Shown here one piece after another: positions 11,016 through 21,282 of a stretch of DNA of 64,000 nt. Source of the stretch: a plasmid. Position 1 is the first letter of the stretch. The number at the start of each line of letters is the position of its first letter. The notes under the pieces are model-generated. The model was given only the letters and a program-made list of their open reading frames with translations, had not been told where the DNA came from and searched no databases. Made by a program: the position numbers and the translations under genes. Location of the stretch: the sequence record NZ_CP037472.2; one strand, given 5' to 3'.

Positions 11016-11061
11016 AAGGGTTTATTAGGGCCTTTGAGGCCAGAGTTTCTAATAAACCCTT
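11016..11061. other. long hairpin with 13-bp perfect stem and a nested GGCC palindrome in the loop
   Basis: aagggtttattag ... ggcctttgaggcc ... ctaataaaccctt followed by taatttttg. Lies in the intergenic region between the par cluster and terS. Confidence 0.5.
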
Positions 11062-11597
11062 TAATTTTTGTGGCTCAACAGTCGTATTTTTATCAATTTT
11101 ATGGGAATTATTATTATGTAAATAAAAAGCATAAAAAATATTTTGTTAGCTTTAATTTTTAGGTTTAATGCATAAAAAAGTTTTTTTGGTAAGTTAAAAG
11201 GATTAGTGCCAATTTGAATAAATTGGGATTATAATTTCGAATTTATGGGTATTTAACTTGACATTAATATGATAATATCTTAGTATTACACTTCCTAAAG
11301 ATATATTTTATGGCATATAGTAATTATGCTGGTGGTATTAAGCTTTAAATTTATAATTTTTTATGTTTTATGTTATTAGTTACATTGGCATTGAAGTTGT
11401 TATCAGTTTATTATCATGATATTTTGTTTTAAAATGATTTTTAGTAATACTTTTCTCCTTTTTTATAGATATTGGATCTTTACAGGGGGATGTTATCCAA
11501 TATCTATTTTTATTGTATTTAAATTTTTTTCTATTTAACTTATTCTTAATTAATTTGAGCTTGTTTTTTTGTAAAAACTCGTTTACAATTTATTTAA

Positions 11598-12158
11598 ATG
11601 GTATTTAAAAATAGAGAATCGAAATATAATATTTTATTTGGGTCAAACTTAAGTATAGCTAATATTGCAAAGATTATGGATGTTAGTGAGTCGACTGTTT
11701 TAAAGGCTAGGCTTAGTATTTTAGGGGAATTTGCAAGTAATATAGATAACACTGATACTACCTTTGTATCTTCTAGTGATACCGATTTAGATAGTCTTGC
11801 CAGAAGTGCAACAATTGAAGCTTACAAGCTTGAAGGGGAGCGAGATAGATTTTATAAAGAGTTTTATAGAATTGCAAATTCTTATATTAACTCTCATTTT
11901 AAATATAAAGAGTTTAGTTTTCAATCTGCCTTTAAGAAATTAATTAATCTTAATGAAAAGATTTCAAGTTTAGAAAAGGAAATAAGTGGCAGCAATGATG
12001 CAAACTTATGTAGGAGACTTAGATTGAAATTACAGCATAAGATTTATAAGAGAAATCGAATGTCTAAAAATCTTATTTTAAATGATATGAAAGAAGATTA
12101 TGAATGTTTGATGAAACTAAAGGAAATTTTTAAGTCTAAGGGCTTAAAGTTGGGGTAG
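11598..12158 (+). CDS. terS: phage terminase small subunit-like protein
   Basis: 186 aa. N-terminal HTH-like segment SIANIAKIMDVSESTVLKARL. Stop lies 2 nt before the TerL start. Confidence 0.5.
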   Translation: MVFKNRESKYNILFGSNLSIANIAKIMDVSESTVLKARLSILGEFASNIDNTDTTFVSSSDTDLDSLARSATIEAYKLEGERDRFYKEFYRIANSYINSHFKYKEFSFQSAFKKLINLNEKISSLEKEISGSNDANLCRRLRLKLQHKIYKRNRMSKNLILNDMKEDYECLMKLKEIFKSKGLKLG

Positions 12159-12160
12159 TT

Positions 12161-13513
12161 TTGAAATTAAATGATTCATCAGTTTTCATTAAGTTGCAGA
12201 AGAGATTTAAACAAAAATTTAATATTAATATTGCCAAGTTTGCAAAAGATCAAAATGACAAGATTAATTTTAAATTGTTTGAAGAGAGATATTTAACGCT
12301 TAAGCAAAGAGAAGTGTTGGATGATATAAATGATAATTTTTGCTCTAAATTGATCTTTAATGGTGGAATATCTAGTGGCAAGACATTTTTGGCCTCATAT
12401 TTGCTTATTAAATTTTTGATTCAAAATCAGCATTGTTATCATAAAGATACTAATAATTTTATTGTGGGAAGTTCAATTGGTGCGTTACTTTCTAATACGC
12501 TTAAGCAGATAGAAAAGATCTGTCAGTTTTTAGATGTGGATTGTGTTTTAAAAGTTTCTCGTAGTATTTCATGTACCATTGCAGGTCTGACACTTAATGT
12601 TTATGGTGGAAAGAACAGAGATGCTTTTTCAAAGATTAGGGGAAGTAATTCTGCTTTGGTGTATGTTAATGAAGCAACTTTAATGCATAAAGAGACTTTG
12701 CTTGAGGTAATGAAAAGGTTGAGGCAGAAGCCAGCTATTGTTATTTTTGATACTAATTCTGATCATCCTGCACATTACTTTAAAACAGATTATATTGATA
12801 ATAGAGATGTGTATAGAACATATAATTTTAGCATTTATGATAATCCCTTAAATTCAAGAGATTTTATTGAAACTCAAGAAATGATTTATAAGAATTTATC
12901 TGCTTACAAAGCTAGAGTGATGCTTGGGCAATGGACAGTGAGTGTTGATGCGTGTTTTAATGAAGTTATCTTAAATGAAGATTATGTATTTAAGAGTCCA
13001 ATTATGTATATTGATCCTGCTTTTTCAGTTGGTATGGATAATACTGCTATTTGTGTCTTTGAAAGAATGGGTGATAAGTATTATGCATATATTTATCAGG
13101 ATAGGAAGCCTGTAAGTGATGATTCAATTCTTAATGCAATTAGTGTACTTGCAGAAAATTTTAATATTAATACTCTTTATGTTGAAGACCGAGATAATAC
13201 TGATGGACATGGATTTTTAACTAAGCTTATGGTATCTATTCGGCAAGGTATGAATCATTATTTTAAGATATCAGCAATTAAACCTTTAAGCAATAAGTTT
13301 GTACGGATATGTGCTTTAATACCTTTGTTTAATGCTCGCAGAATAGAGTTTTTAAAGATTATGGATAAAAATGTAATAAATGATATTTATAGCTATAGCG
13401 GAGCCTTTAAGGGAAGAGATGATTGTCTTGATGTATTAAGTGCTTGTTATTTACTCTTAAATCTTGATCATAAAGACGGAATAAAACATTTTACCAAGAG
13501 CAGATATATTTAA
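12161..13513 (+). CDS. terL: phage terminase large subunit
   Basis: 450 aa. N-terminal Walker A NGGISSGKTF and Walker-B-like ALVYVNEA. C-terminal RNaseH-like nuclease motif YIDPAFSVGMDNTAICVFE. Confidence 0.75.
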   Translation: MKLNDSSVFIKLQKRFKQKFNINIAKFAKDQNDKINFKLFEERYLTLKQREVLDDINDNFCSKLIFNGGISSGKTFLASYLLIKFLIQNQHCYHKDTNNFIVGSSIGALLSNTLKQIEKICQFLDVDCVLKVSRSISCTIAGLTLNVYGGKNRDAFSKIRGSNSALVYVNEATLMHKETLLEVMKRLRQKPAIVIFDTNSDHPAHYFKTDYIDNRDVYRTYNFSIYDNPLNSRDFIETQEMIYKNLSAYKARVMLGQWTVSVDACFNEVILNEDYVFKSPIMYIDPAFSVGMDNTAICVFERMGDKYYAYIYQDRKPVSDDSILNAISVLAENFNINTLYVEDRDNTDGHGFLTKLMVSIRQGMNHYFKISAIKPLSNKFVRICALIPLFNARRIEFLKIMDKNVINDIYSYSGAFKGRDDCLDVLSACYLLLNLDHKDGIKHFTKSRYI

Positions 13514-14492
13514 GGGTTTTATTTTAAAAATATTTAACACTTATGAATTGATTTCTTCTTCAATGTTGATAAATTATAAAATAATTTATTCTAATTAAAT
13601 CTACTTGAAATATATTATACAATTTATCATTAATAATATCAATATTATAGTCTTAATTATTATAATTTAGTGCTTAAAGAAGTTTAGATATAATGTACTT
13701 TATTTATTATTATGATATACTTAAAGTACCTTATGATATAATTATTATTGCTTTCAAATTGAGGGTGAGAAATTTAATGAAGAGGCTTTAGTTTTTATTT
13801 GATTATCAATTTGTTGTCTCATTTTAGAGACTCCTTAGAGTTAAGTATCCTTGACAGGAAGGAAAAAGATGTAAGTGAATCAAAGTTGATAAATTGTACT
13901 AAGGTTAGTAATTATAAGGAAAAAGAGAAAGTTGTTTTGGGTAGTATAGATGATAAAGTTTTTTAAAAGATATGGGTTGTAAAATTATATTCTTTAAAAA
14001 TTATTGTGTTAGGTAGCTCTGAATAGCAATTTAAAGATAATGATGTTTGTGATTTATATTTTTAAAGGTTTGGTGTTATTTTAGGGAGACAAGATCAATT
14101 AATCTTAAGGCTCAACATGTAATTTAAAATATGAATAAATATAAAGCTTTCGGAATACCGGGGCTTTGATTGTTTGATTAGCAGGAAATTCTAGAATAAA
14201 AGTTTTAGTCATTTTTTCAAATCAAATTATAAATTTGATTTACAAATCCGAATTGAATTTTTTAGATTGTCTGTATTAAAAGAAATTTGGGAATAATCTT
14301 CTTGATGTTTAATTTATTAAAGTAATTTTTATTATTTTAATAAATTCTTAAAGATTTAAGCTTTCAAATGATATAAAGTAATTGAAAAAATACACCACCA
14401 AAGCAGTGTATTTTTTCAAATTTGTTTAAAACCTATAGTTGTATATTATCTTTAATTTACATTGAATCTTTAAAAGTTTTCAAATCTTTCTT

Positions 14493-14960
14493 TTATGCTG
14501 ATAGACTATCTCGGAAATTTTTCAGTGTCAACTCATAACTTCCAGCTGCAGTAACATCACTTTCAAATTTTAGTTTGCTTAGTACTTCAGCAAATTCCTC
14601 ATCAATCTTCACAATATTAGCATCTTTATTTTTTTTAGCTTCTTCCAGTTGCTTTTTTGCGTTTAAAGCTTTAAGAAATTTTTCTTTATCTTGTGCGTTG
14701 CCAAGTCCATTCAAGGCTGTTGCTAAGTTAGTATCCTTGTATGTCTTACCTGCGTCTGCTGGAACTAATACGCTTGTTATATCTGCAAAAGACTCCTTAA
14801 GAGGCATTAGCTTGTCTTTATCTTGAATAACTTGTACGTATTTATCACCTTCCCCTGTACCAGGTTTGTATACAGTAGCATTATCTTTGCCCATATTACT
14901 ACAACTCACTAATAGTGAAAATAACATCATGGTCATACCACTTAGAATGATTTTTTTCAT
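14493..14960 (-). CDS. lipoprotein
   Basis: MKKIILSGMTMMLFSLLVSCSN, lipobox LLVSC. 155 aa, Lys/Ala-rich mature part. Confidence 0.75.
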   Translation of the reverse strand: MKKIILSGMTMMLFSLLVSCSNMGKDNATVYKPGTGEGDKYVQVIQDKDKLMPLKESFADITSVLVPADAGKTYKDTNLATALNGLGNAQDKEKFLKALNAKKQLEEAKKNKDANIVKIDEEFAEVLSKLKFESDVTAAGSYELTLKNFRDSLSA

Positions 14961-15457
14961 AAATATTCTCCTTTTACCGTATTTTAATATGGTAATATTA
15001 ATTGATTTGCTTTTATGGTATCATTTTTAGTTAAGAAATACAAGCATATTATATTTTAATAAATATTCTTTATAAAGAATATTTATTAAAATATGCTAAT
15101 TAAGCTCTTGATTTGTAATTTTAAGGGATACTTGATTTTTGGTTTTATATCTAAACATATTTATGTTTTATGTGTGTATTTAAATCTTGTAAATGTTATT
15201 AATTTATAATTATACTTAAATTATGCTTATAAAATTTTTTTCTGCTTAGTAGTTTTTATAATTTTATGGCAATGTTTTTATTCTATTTTGAAATAAATGT
15301 CTTTTTTTTTAAGTATTTTGACAAAATTATAAATTATTTAGCTATACTAAAATGTTAATAAGTATTTTAAATGGTGGATTTGATTGAGTATTAGGCTAGC
15401 ATCTTTAAAGATGCTACACTCTAGTTTTTAGGCTATGGTGTGGCATCTTTATTTTTA

Positions 15458-16243
15458 TTAAAGTTTAAAATCAGGTGCAATTTTTGATATTTCTGGATAT
15501 TGGTTAATTGTATCTTGTATTAAACGAACCAGGTAAGTAGTGTCAAGTAGTATTTCATACTCATTGGTTGTTTGATCGTTCATGTTTTGAACTTGTATTT
15601 TAGCTTGAATGTATTCATTTTGTGTAAGAGCCATTATTGTTTCTTTTTTGTGCTTTCCTACCCAAAATGTATTTGTATAAGCAAATCCAGGTTCTTGTGA
15701 GGGTTCTCTCTTTGGTAGTGGAATGTGGAGCCAATTATAAAGTTCATATTTTCTATAATTGAAATCTAATTCGGGATTGTCTTTTAGATAAAAGTTTGCA
15801 ACTGTAAGGTCTTCACCTCCATTTTGAGTTGATTGAAATATTACAACAGGCATAATCCTATTTGTAAAGCTACCATTTTGTTTAATTGGAGATATTGAGT
15901 AAGAATATTTAATTTTCCCTTCAAGTTCTTTTATGGGTTTGTTATCTAATCCTTTAATGTTTAGGCCCTTATTTTTCATCCATTCTAGTTTTTGTGTTGT
16001 AAAACCCGAACTAACTTCTTTAATACCTGTTAGTGTTTCATATTTTTCTTTCTTATTTTGTATGGAAGGGTCATTAGATGAGCTAACTTGTTCATCTTGT
16101 TTTTTAATTAATTTATTTAAGTAAAGATTGCGCTTAGCATTGATTCTTTTCATTTCTTCAGCACTCTTGGAGTTCGTTTTTCCACTAGTATTGCATTGAA
16201 TGCAAAGTATTACAATAGGTATTATTAATAGTAAATTTTTCAT
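15458..16243 (-). CDS. lipoprotein, paralogue of 38135..38956
   Basis: MKNLLLIIPIVILCIQCN signal/lipobox. Shares KYSYSISPIKQNGSFTNRIMPVVIFQS with RFSYSVSPIKYNDQYSKYVMPLILFES of the 38.1 kb gene. Confidence 0.75.
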   Translation of the reverse strand: MKNLLLIIPIVILCIQCNTSGKTNSKSAEEMKRINAKRNLYLNKLIKKQDEQVSSSNDPSIQNKKEKYETLTGIKEVSSGFTTQKLEWMKNKGLNIKGLDNKPIKELEGKIKYSYSISPIKQNGSFTNRIMPVVIFQSTQNGGEDLTVANFYLKDNPELDFNYRKYELYNWLHIPLPKREPSQEPGFAYTNTFWVGKHKKETIMALTQNEYIQAKIQVQNMNDQTTNEYEILLDTTYLVRLIQDTINQYPEISKIAPDFKL

Positions 16244-16477
16244 ATTAACAAATATTCTCCTTTTTATTTAAAAAATTATTTCATGTTTCTTTATATCTAA
16301 GTACATTATACATAAATACATTTATAGATTTGTACTCATTTATTGTACTAAACATAAATTATACATAAAACTTCATTATCTCATAAGTCTATAATTTTGT
16401 TATTTTAATTTTATTTATTTTATTCAATAATCTTGATCTATTTGTAAATAGTATGTTATATTTTTCCTCAATAAAGT

Positions 16478-17035
16478 ATGTTAAGGATTTTGATGTTAAG
16501 TTTTATTTTTATGTTATCCCTTTTTATTTGTGGCTGTGGAGGGTCATCTTCAGAAAGTGTTAAGGTTACCCATTATAGTAATAAAGGCAAAGCTACTATA
16601 AGTGTAAATATAAGTAATGATTCAGGGACTTGTGTTATATATTATCCTTATATTAGTGGTGATAAGAAGTATCTTCTTGTAGATTTTAACATTTCAACTA
16701 ATAAGCCTCTTAATCTTTTAAAAGTTTCGTTTAATGGGGTTAAAGTTGATCACAAATATTTATGGTTGTCTTATGATCAACAGTTAAAATTAAATTGGGA
16801 GCAGTATTTTTTGCCTTTTGATGATTCGATTGAATTAACACATTTTATTATTCATCTAGAGCCTAGCTTAGGTGAACATTTACAGTTGTTAGAGTTTGCA
16901 AAAAAAGAGGGTCTTAAGTTTGATATTGAATGTATTGAGAGGGACAGCGGTATGAAGCAAAAGATTTCTTTTCAGTTAAGTGCAGGTAACAGCAAAAAAT
17001 TCTTTGATCTTCTTGATAATTTAATAAGCTCTTGA
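16478..17035 (+). CDS. secreted/lipoprotein, A-type member of a two-gene cassette family
   Basis: Signal peptide with LFICGCGG. C-terminal motif ISFQLSAGNSKKFFDLLDNLIS resembles FKISAANLRKFIDSLVDF of 19267 and FKVSAVNFLKFIDILNAV of 19961. Confidence 0.65.
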   Translation: MLRILMLSFIFMLSLFICGCGGSSSESVKVTHYSNKGKATISVNISNDSGTCVIYYPYISGDKKYLLVDFNISTNKPLNLLKVSFNGVKVDHKYLWLSYDQQLKLNWEQYFLPFDDSIELTHFIIHLEPSLGEHLQLLEFAKKEGLKFDIECIERDSGMKQKISFQLSAGNSKKFFDLLDNLISS

Positions 17036-17080
17036 AGATTTTGCTTTTTCTTTAAGTTAAATGGGATTTGAGGAGAGTTT

Positions 17081-17758
17081 ATGGGCAAAATTAAATCATT
17101 TTTATTTAAAGTGTATGTTTGTTTTCTTTCGTGTTTTTTTATGTTTTTCGTATTCTTTTTTGTCTTATTTATCAGTCCAGGTTTTATGAATAACTTTTTT
17201 AATGAAGGACGTTATAATTCATTTCCTTATAATTATAATGATATGACTGATATGATAGGTAAGCTAACTTACTCTAAGGAGTTTGATCATAGTAGTATAA
17301 AGAGTATCTCATTTGTAATGAGGTATTTGAATGTCTACTCTAAGGATTTTAAAGCTTTAAATGATAATGAAAAGCAAAGGATGATAGATTCCTATCCAAC
17401 TTTTGAGTTAAAGTTTATGGTACCTGATAAACGTTTACTAAATTTTAAGAATGTGATTTTTGATGGAGTTGCTGCTAAGCTTTATCATGATCAAATCACT
17501 GAGTCAAAGTTTAACTCATCAGATGCATTATATTTCCAAATTGATGGTAATAGTGAGTTACCTCAGAAAATTTTGGGGCAACATTTAGTTAATGTAGAAA
17601 ATATATTTAACATTAAACTTAATGAAGTTCTATTTAGGGCATTACGTGAGCAGCAAAAGTTAAAAATTACTTTAATCTCTCATGATAATGTAGGGTATAG
17701 TCTTAATATGGATAATTTTTTATCTAAAGATATGTTTAACATTTTAAATAAGAGTTAA
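17081..17758 (+). CDS. membrane-anchored protein, B-type member of the cassette family
   Basis: Very hydrophobic N-terminus. Shares SSIKSISF, YP[ST][FY][DE]L.F, NFKNVIFDGV, LKITL[IV]S[HY]D and LNMDNF motifs with 20575 and 21283. Confidence 0.65.
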   Translation: MGKIKSFLFKVYVCFLSCFFMFFVFFFVLFISPGFMNNFFNEGRYNSFPYNYNDMTDMIGKLTYSKEFDHSSIKSISFVMRYLNVYSKDFKALNDNEKQRMIDSYPTFELKFMVPDKRLLNFKNVIFDGVAAKLYHDQITESKFNSSDALYFQIDGNSELPQKILGQHLVNVENIFNIKLNEVLFRALREQQKLKITLISHDNVGYSLNMDNFLSKDMFNILNKS

Positions 17759-18064
17759 AAAATTAAAAAATATTATCTTTTTAGCAAGTTTCTTAATATT
17801 TATGGCAATAAAGGTAGGTGATAGCATGTCGACTGTTTACTGAATCCGGGTATAGTGGCTCTTATTATTAATAAATATTAACTTGCTATTCATTATAAAT
17901 CGAAATCTAGTGCTAAAATTTTAGGCGGCATTTCAATTTTGTGTATCTAAGAAATTGATAGTTTTTTACCTTAAATTTTGTGAAAAATTAAGAACAAAAT
18001 GGATGTAAATTTGTTTAATTTAAATTTATTGATATATAATGTTGATTCTGATTTTTATTAAAAT

Positions 18065-18976
18065 TTGAGGAGAGATATGAAAAATTTCAGTATTTTTGTG
18101 TTTTTATCAATATTAACATTAAGTTGTGAACTTGATGGTGTTTCCGCATTAATTACTGATTTGATGGGTAATCATGAAGTTGTGGTTGCTGGTGCTAAAG
18201 CAGGAAATTTTGATGAGGTTCTTGATTTAGATGGTGATGATGAAGAGGCAGAGATCGATGAGATTGAGCAGAATCTTTCAGAAGGTGTTGATGGTAATAT
18301 TGACCAAAATCCAGGAAATGTTGATGGGCATATTGTTTTAGTTGATGCTCAAGGAGTAAGTGTTCCAACAGTTGTAGAACATTCTGCTGTGAGTTCAAGT
18401 GTAGAGCGTAGGGTTGTCACTGTGGGACAAAATGTAGAGTCTAGGAGGCTTACAAAAGTTGAGCGTTTAGAAAAATATCTTGAAAGTGCTATTAAGTCTG
18501 GTGGCAAGTTAAATGAGCAGCAAAGGCGATTAAAAAATGGGAAACAAATGTTATTTACATGGTTGAACGAAGATGCTAATGCTTCTAAGAGAGCAGAATT
18601 AGAACAAGATATGCAGAAGCTATATGGTTTAATAAAAGAGAGTATAACTGACAGTTCATCACAATTTAGTAGTCGAGATGGTGAATATAGTGATGAAGCA
18701 ATTGATGGTTTATTAAATAGTCTTTTTAGCAGCTCCTTTGATAATACTTTTGCTTTAGATTTATTTTTCCAAGCATTATTAAATACTCTTTGTGATTTTA
18801 AAAAAGATAATTGTAAAGATGAAGAGGTAATCTTTGCAGATATAAGAAAGGTATTTTCTGATGAATCTGATACAAAAGGTCATTTTGGATATTTAAAATC
18901 CAAGCTTAAGGATGAGTTAGTTATTTCAGATGAGGGAGATTACGAGGAAGATGGAGATTTTGAAGAAGAAGATTAA
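18065..18976 (+). CDS. acidic putative lipoprotein
   Basis: Probable start MKNFSIFVFLSILTLSCELDG (lipobox LTLSC) at 18077. Acidic blocks DGDDEEAEIDEIEQ and a C-terminal DEGDYEEDGDFEEED. Confidence 0.6.
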   Translation: MRRDMKNFSIFVFLSILTLSCELDGVSALITDLMGNHEVVVAGAKAGNFDEVLDLDGDDEEAEIDEIEQNLSEGVDGNIDQNPGNVDGHIVLVDAQGVSVPTVVEHSAVSSSVERRVVTVGQNVESRRLTKVERLEKYLESAIKSGGKLNEQQRRLKNGKQMLFTWLNEDANASKRAELEQDMQKLYGLIKESITDSSSQFSSRDGEYSDEAIDGLLNSLFSSSFDNTFALDLFFQALLNTLCDFKKDNCKDEEVIFADIRKVFSDESDTKGHFGYLKSKLKDELVISDEGDYEEDGDFEEED

Positions 18977-19266
18977 GGTGTTGAGATTTCATCTTATTTA
19001 TTAAGTAGTGATTTTGTTTTTTAACAATTTACCCAAAAGCTTTTAAGAAGTTTTTAGGGTAAATTGTTTGTTTTTAAGGTTTAGTGTTGTTTAATGATTT
19101 AAATTTTTGTTTTTTAGTCAATAATCAATTTTAGAGATTTAGATTGTATTTAAATGAAATCAGTTTAATTTGCTTTAAGAGGCGTTTTGATCTGAGAGTT
19201 GATTAATGTTTTTTTAGAGGATAGACTTGGTTTATATATTCAAGCTTTATAAGGAGTATTTAAATT

Positions 19267-19755
19267 ATGCTAGTAAAGCAACTATTTTTAAGGATATTAT
19301 TTATATTTAGTTTATTAACGCTAAATGGTGCTCTCCCCCCTAAAGAATCTGAAAAATTTACCATTCGTTATATGAGCAATTACGATAGAGTACCTGAGGT
19401 TGAATTGGTTTTAACTAATGGAGGGAATTCATTAGTGATCAGGAATGATAACTATACTGGCTATTTAGACACATATGTTACTCTTAAGGATGGTTTTAAG
19501 CCTAATATAAAGACGTTAGCGTTATTTATAGGTAGTGGTGATATTCGTAATAGGGAGCATGTTAGGTGTTGTGATAATGATTATCTACTTTGTAAAGAGC
19601 AATGGGACAAATTGGTTATTAAAGCTAATGGTAGAGACTTGTGTTTTTATGTTGTTTGTCTTGAGGGGGAAACTAATATTGAGAGAGAATATTACTTTAA
19701 AATTAGTGCAGCAAATTTGCGCAAATTTATTGATAGTTTAGTTGATTTTGTATAG
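19267..19755 (+). CDS. secreted Cys-containing protein, A-type cassette member
   Basis: Signal peptide without a Cys (LLTLNGALPP). 162 aa. Shares N-terminal and C-terminal blocks with 19961. Confidence 0.65.
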   Translation: MLVKQLFLRILFIFSLLTLNGALPPKESEKFTIRYMSNYDRVPEVELVLTNGGNSLVIRNDNYTGYLDTYVTLKDGFKPNIKTLALFIGSGDIRNREHVRCCDNDYLLCKEQWDKLVIKANGRDLCFYVVCLEGETNIEREYYFKISAANLRKFIDSLVDFV

Positions 19756-19960
19756 CTAGTTTAGACAATTTTGATTAATCTAGTAAATCTTTATATATAT
19801 CTAAAAGATATATTTTCTATGACTTTATTCATGTTTATTTTGTGAAAATTTAAAATCAGTTTGAATTATTCTCAGAACTATTTTAGGGGTTGATTAATAT
19901 TTGTTTTAAGAATAGGCTGGATTTGTATGTTAATACTTTTAAAGAGGGGGGGTATTTAAT

Positions 19961-20560
19961 TTGTGGATAGTAAGGAAATTATTTTTTAAAATATTATTTA
20001 TACTAAATTTATTAACTCTAAGTGGTGTTATTCCTAAAGAATCTGAGGAAGTTTTCATTCATCACATGAGCAATAGATCTATATTTTTTTTAGTTAATTT
20101 GGTATTGAAGAATGATAATAATTCTTTTTTTGTAAATTATGGTTATTATGGTGACTCTATAGATATTAGTGTTTTTCTTCAGAATGATTATAAGCCTGAA
20201 ATAAAGAATTTAAAGTTAGTCAGAGGCGATACTAAAGAGTCTTTTAATATTATGAGTAACTTGAGTATGTCTGGAGAAGATGAAAAGTGGAATAATAGGA
20301 CTTATTATGTTCCTTTTGTTGCGAAATGCAGGCAAGATGCGACAGAATTTCACGAAGGAACTGATAATTATAGGTACTTACATTTATGTAGGCAAGATTT
20401 GACAAAATTTCTCAGAGGAACTGCTAATGATAGCAACTTATATTTTTATGTTACTTGTTTTGAGAAGGAAACTAATGTTGAGAGGGAATATTCTTTTAAA
20501 GTTAGTGCGGTAAATTTTCTTAAATTTATTGACATTTTAAATGCTGTTGAGCCGAGTTAA
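19961..20560 (+). CDS. secreted Cys-containing protein, A-type cassette member with an internal duplication
   Basis: 199 aa. CRQDATEFHEGT and CRQDLTKFLRGT arise from an imperfect 60-nt-period duplication at 20329..20429. Confidence 0.65.
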   Translation: MWIVRKLFFKILFILNLLTLSGVIPKESEEVFIHHMSNRSIFFLVNLVLKNDNNSFFVNYGYYGDSIDISVFLQNDYKPEIKNLKLVRGDTKESFNIMSNLSMSGEDEKWNNRTYYVPFVAKCRQDATEFHEGTDNYRYLHLCRQDLTKFLRGTANDSNLYFYVTCFEKETNVEREYSFKVSAVNFLKFIDILNAVEPS

Positions 20561-20574
20561 GGGAGGTAGAATTT

Positions 20575-21171
20575 ATGTTTATTAAATTTACCATGATTGT
20601 TTGTAAGATTACTATATTTTATATGTTGGGTACATTTGTGCTCTCAGCAAGTTTTAATTCATATTGTGATAGCACTTTTTGTTATAAGGAGTATGATCAA
20701 GAATTTGACTCTGGTAGCATAAAAAGTATTTCTTTTAAAAAGCAAGAGATTACAGATAAAGGTATCGAACAGGCCAAAAGAGAATATTCTGGTAGTTACT
20801 TAGACTCAATTTTAGGGGGGTATCCATCTTATGATTTAGATTTTGTAATAGTTGATGAGAATAGGGCAATAGATTTTAAGAATGTCATTTTTGATGGTGT
20901 TGAAGCAGAAATATCAGTGTTTACTCTGAATGAACGTAGTGCTCAACTTGTAGAGATTAAGGATTTTCAAATGGGACCTTTTGGGGGTTTGCCGAAACTT
21001 TTAAATTTTATTTTTCCCTTTCCAGTAATTAATACTTTTAGTATTAGTCTTAGGGAAAGATTTATCGATAAACTTAAGCAAAAGGATAGACTTAAGATTA
21101 CTTTAGTATCCTATGATGATAGGAAGTTTGTTCTTGAGATGGATAATTTTATAAAGAAATATGATTTTTAG
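20575..21171 (+). CDS. membrane-anchored protein, B-type cassette member
   Basis: 198 aa. Starts 14 nt after the A-type stop. About 90% identical to 21283..21882. Confidence 0.7.
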   Translation: MFIKFTMIVCKITIFYMLGTFVLSASFNSYCDSTFCYKEYDQEFDSGSIKSISFKKQEITDKGIEQAKREYSGSYLDSILGGYPSYDLDFVIVDENRAIDFKNVIFDGVEAEISVFTLNERSAQLVEIKDFQMGPFGGLPKLLNFIFPFPVINTFSISLRERFIDKLKQKDRLKITLVSYDDRKFVLEMDNFIKKYDF

Positions 21172-21282
21172 GTCTCTTAATCCAGGGAATGTTTAGATAG
21201 GTTAATTTTTTATTTTGGTATTTAGCCTGTAAGGATAAGCGGGCATTTTATAAATGTTTTAGGTTTCAAGATCGGAGGATTT

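Noticed and set aside
12161-13513. Alternative call of the 450-aa protein as a replication helicase or AAA ATPase, because of its Walker A motif.
   Set aside because: The C-terminal IDPAFSVGMDNTAICVFE block is the RNaseH-like nuclease signature of large terminases. The gene is preceded by a small HTH protein in the classic terS-terL arrangement.
14575-14826. 83-aa ORF antisense to the 14493..14960 lipoprotein gene. The same goes for other embedded antisense ORFs in the track: 5386..5586, 8003..8272, 8459..8656, 18195..18398, 23490..23711, 29018..29275, 31563..31787, 40882..41351, 46976..47173 and 58013..58480.
   Set aside because: Each lies wholly inside a longer ORF that has much better coding characteristics (signal peptides, family motifs, RBS). 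They have low-complexity composition and no RBS. They are typical AT-rich antisense artefacts.
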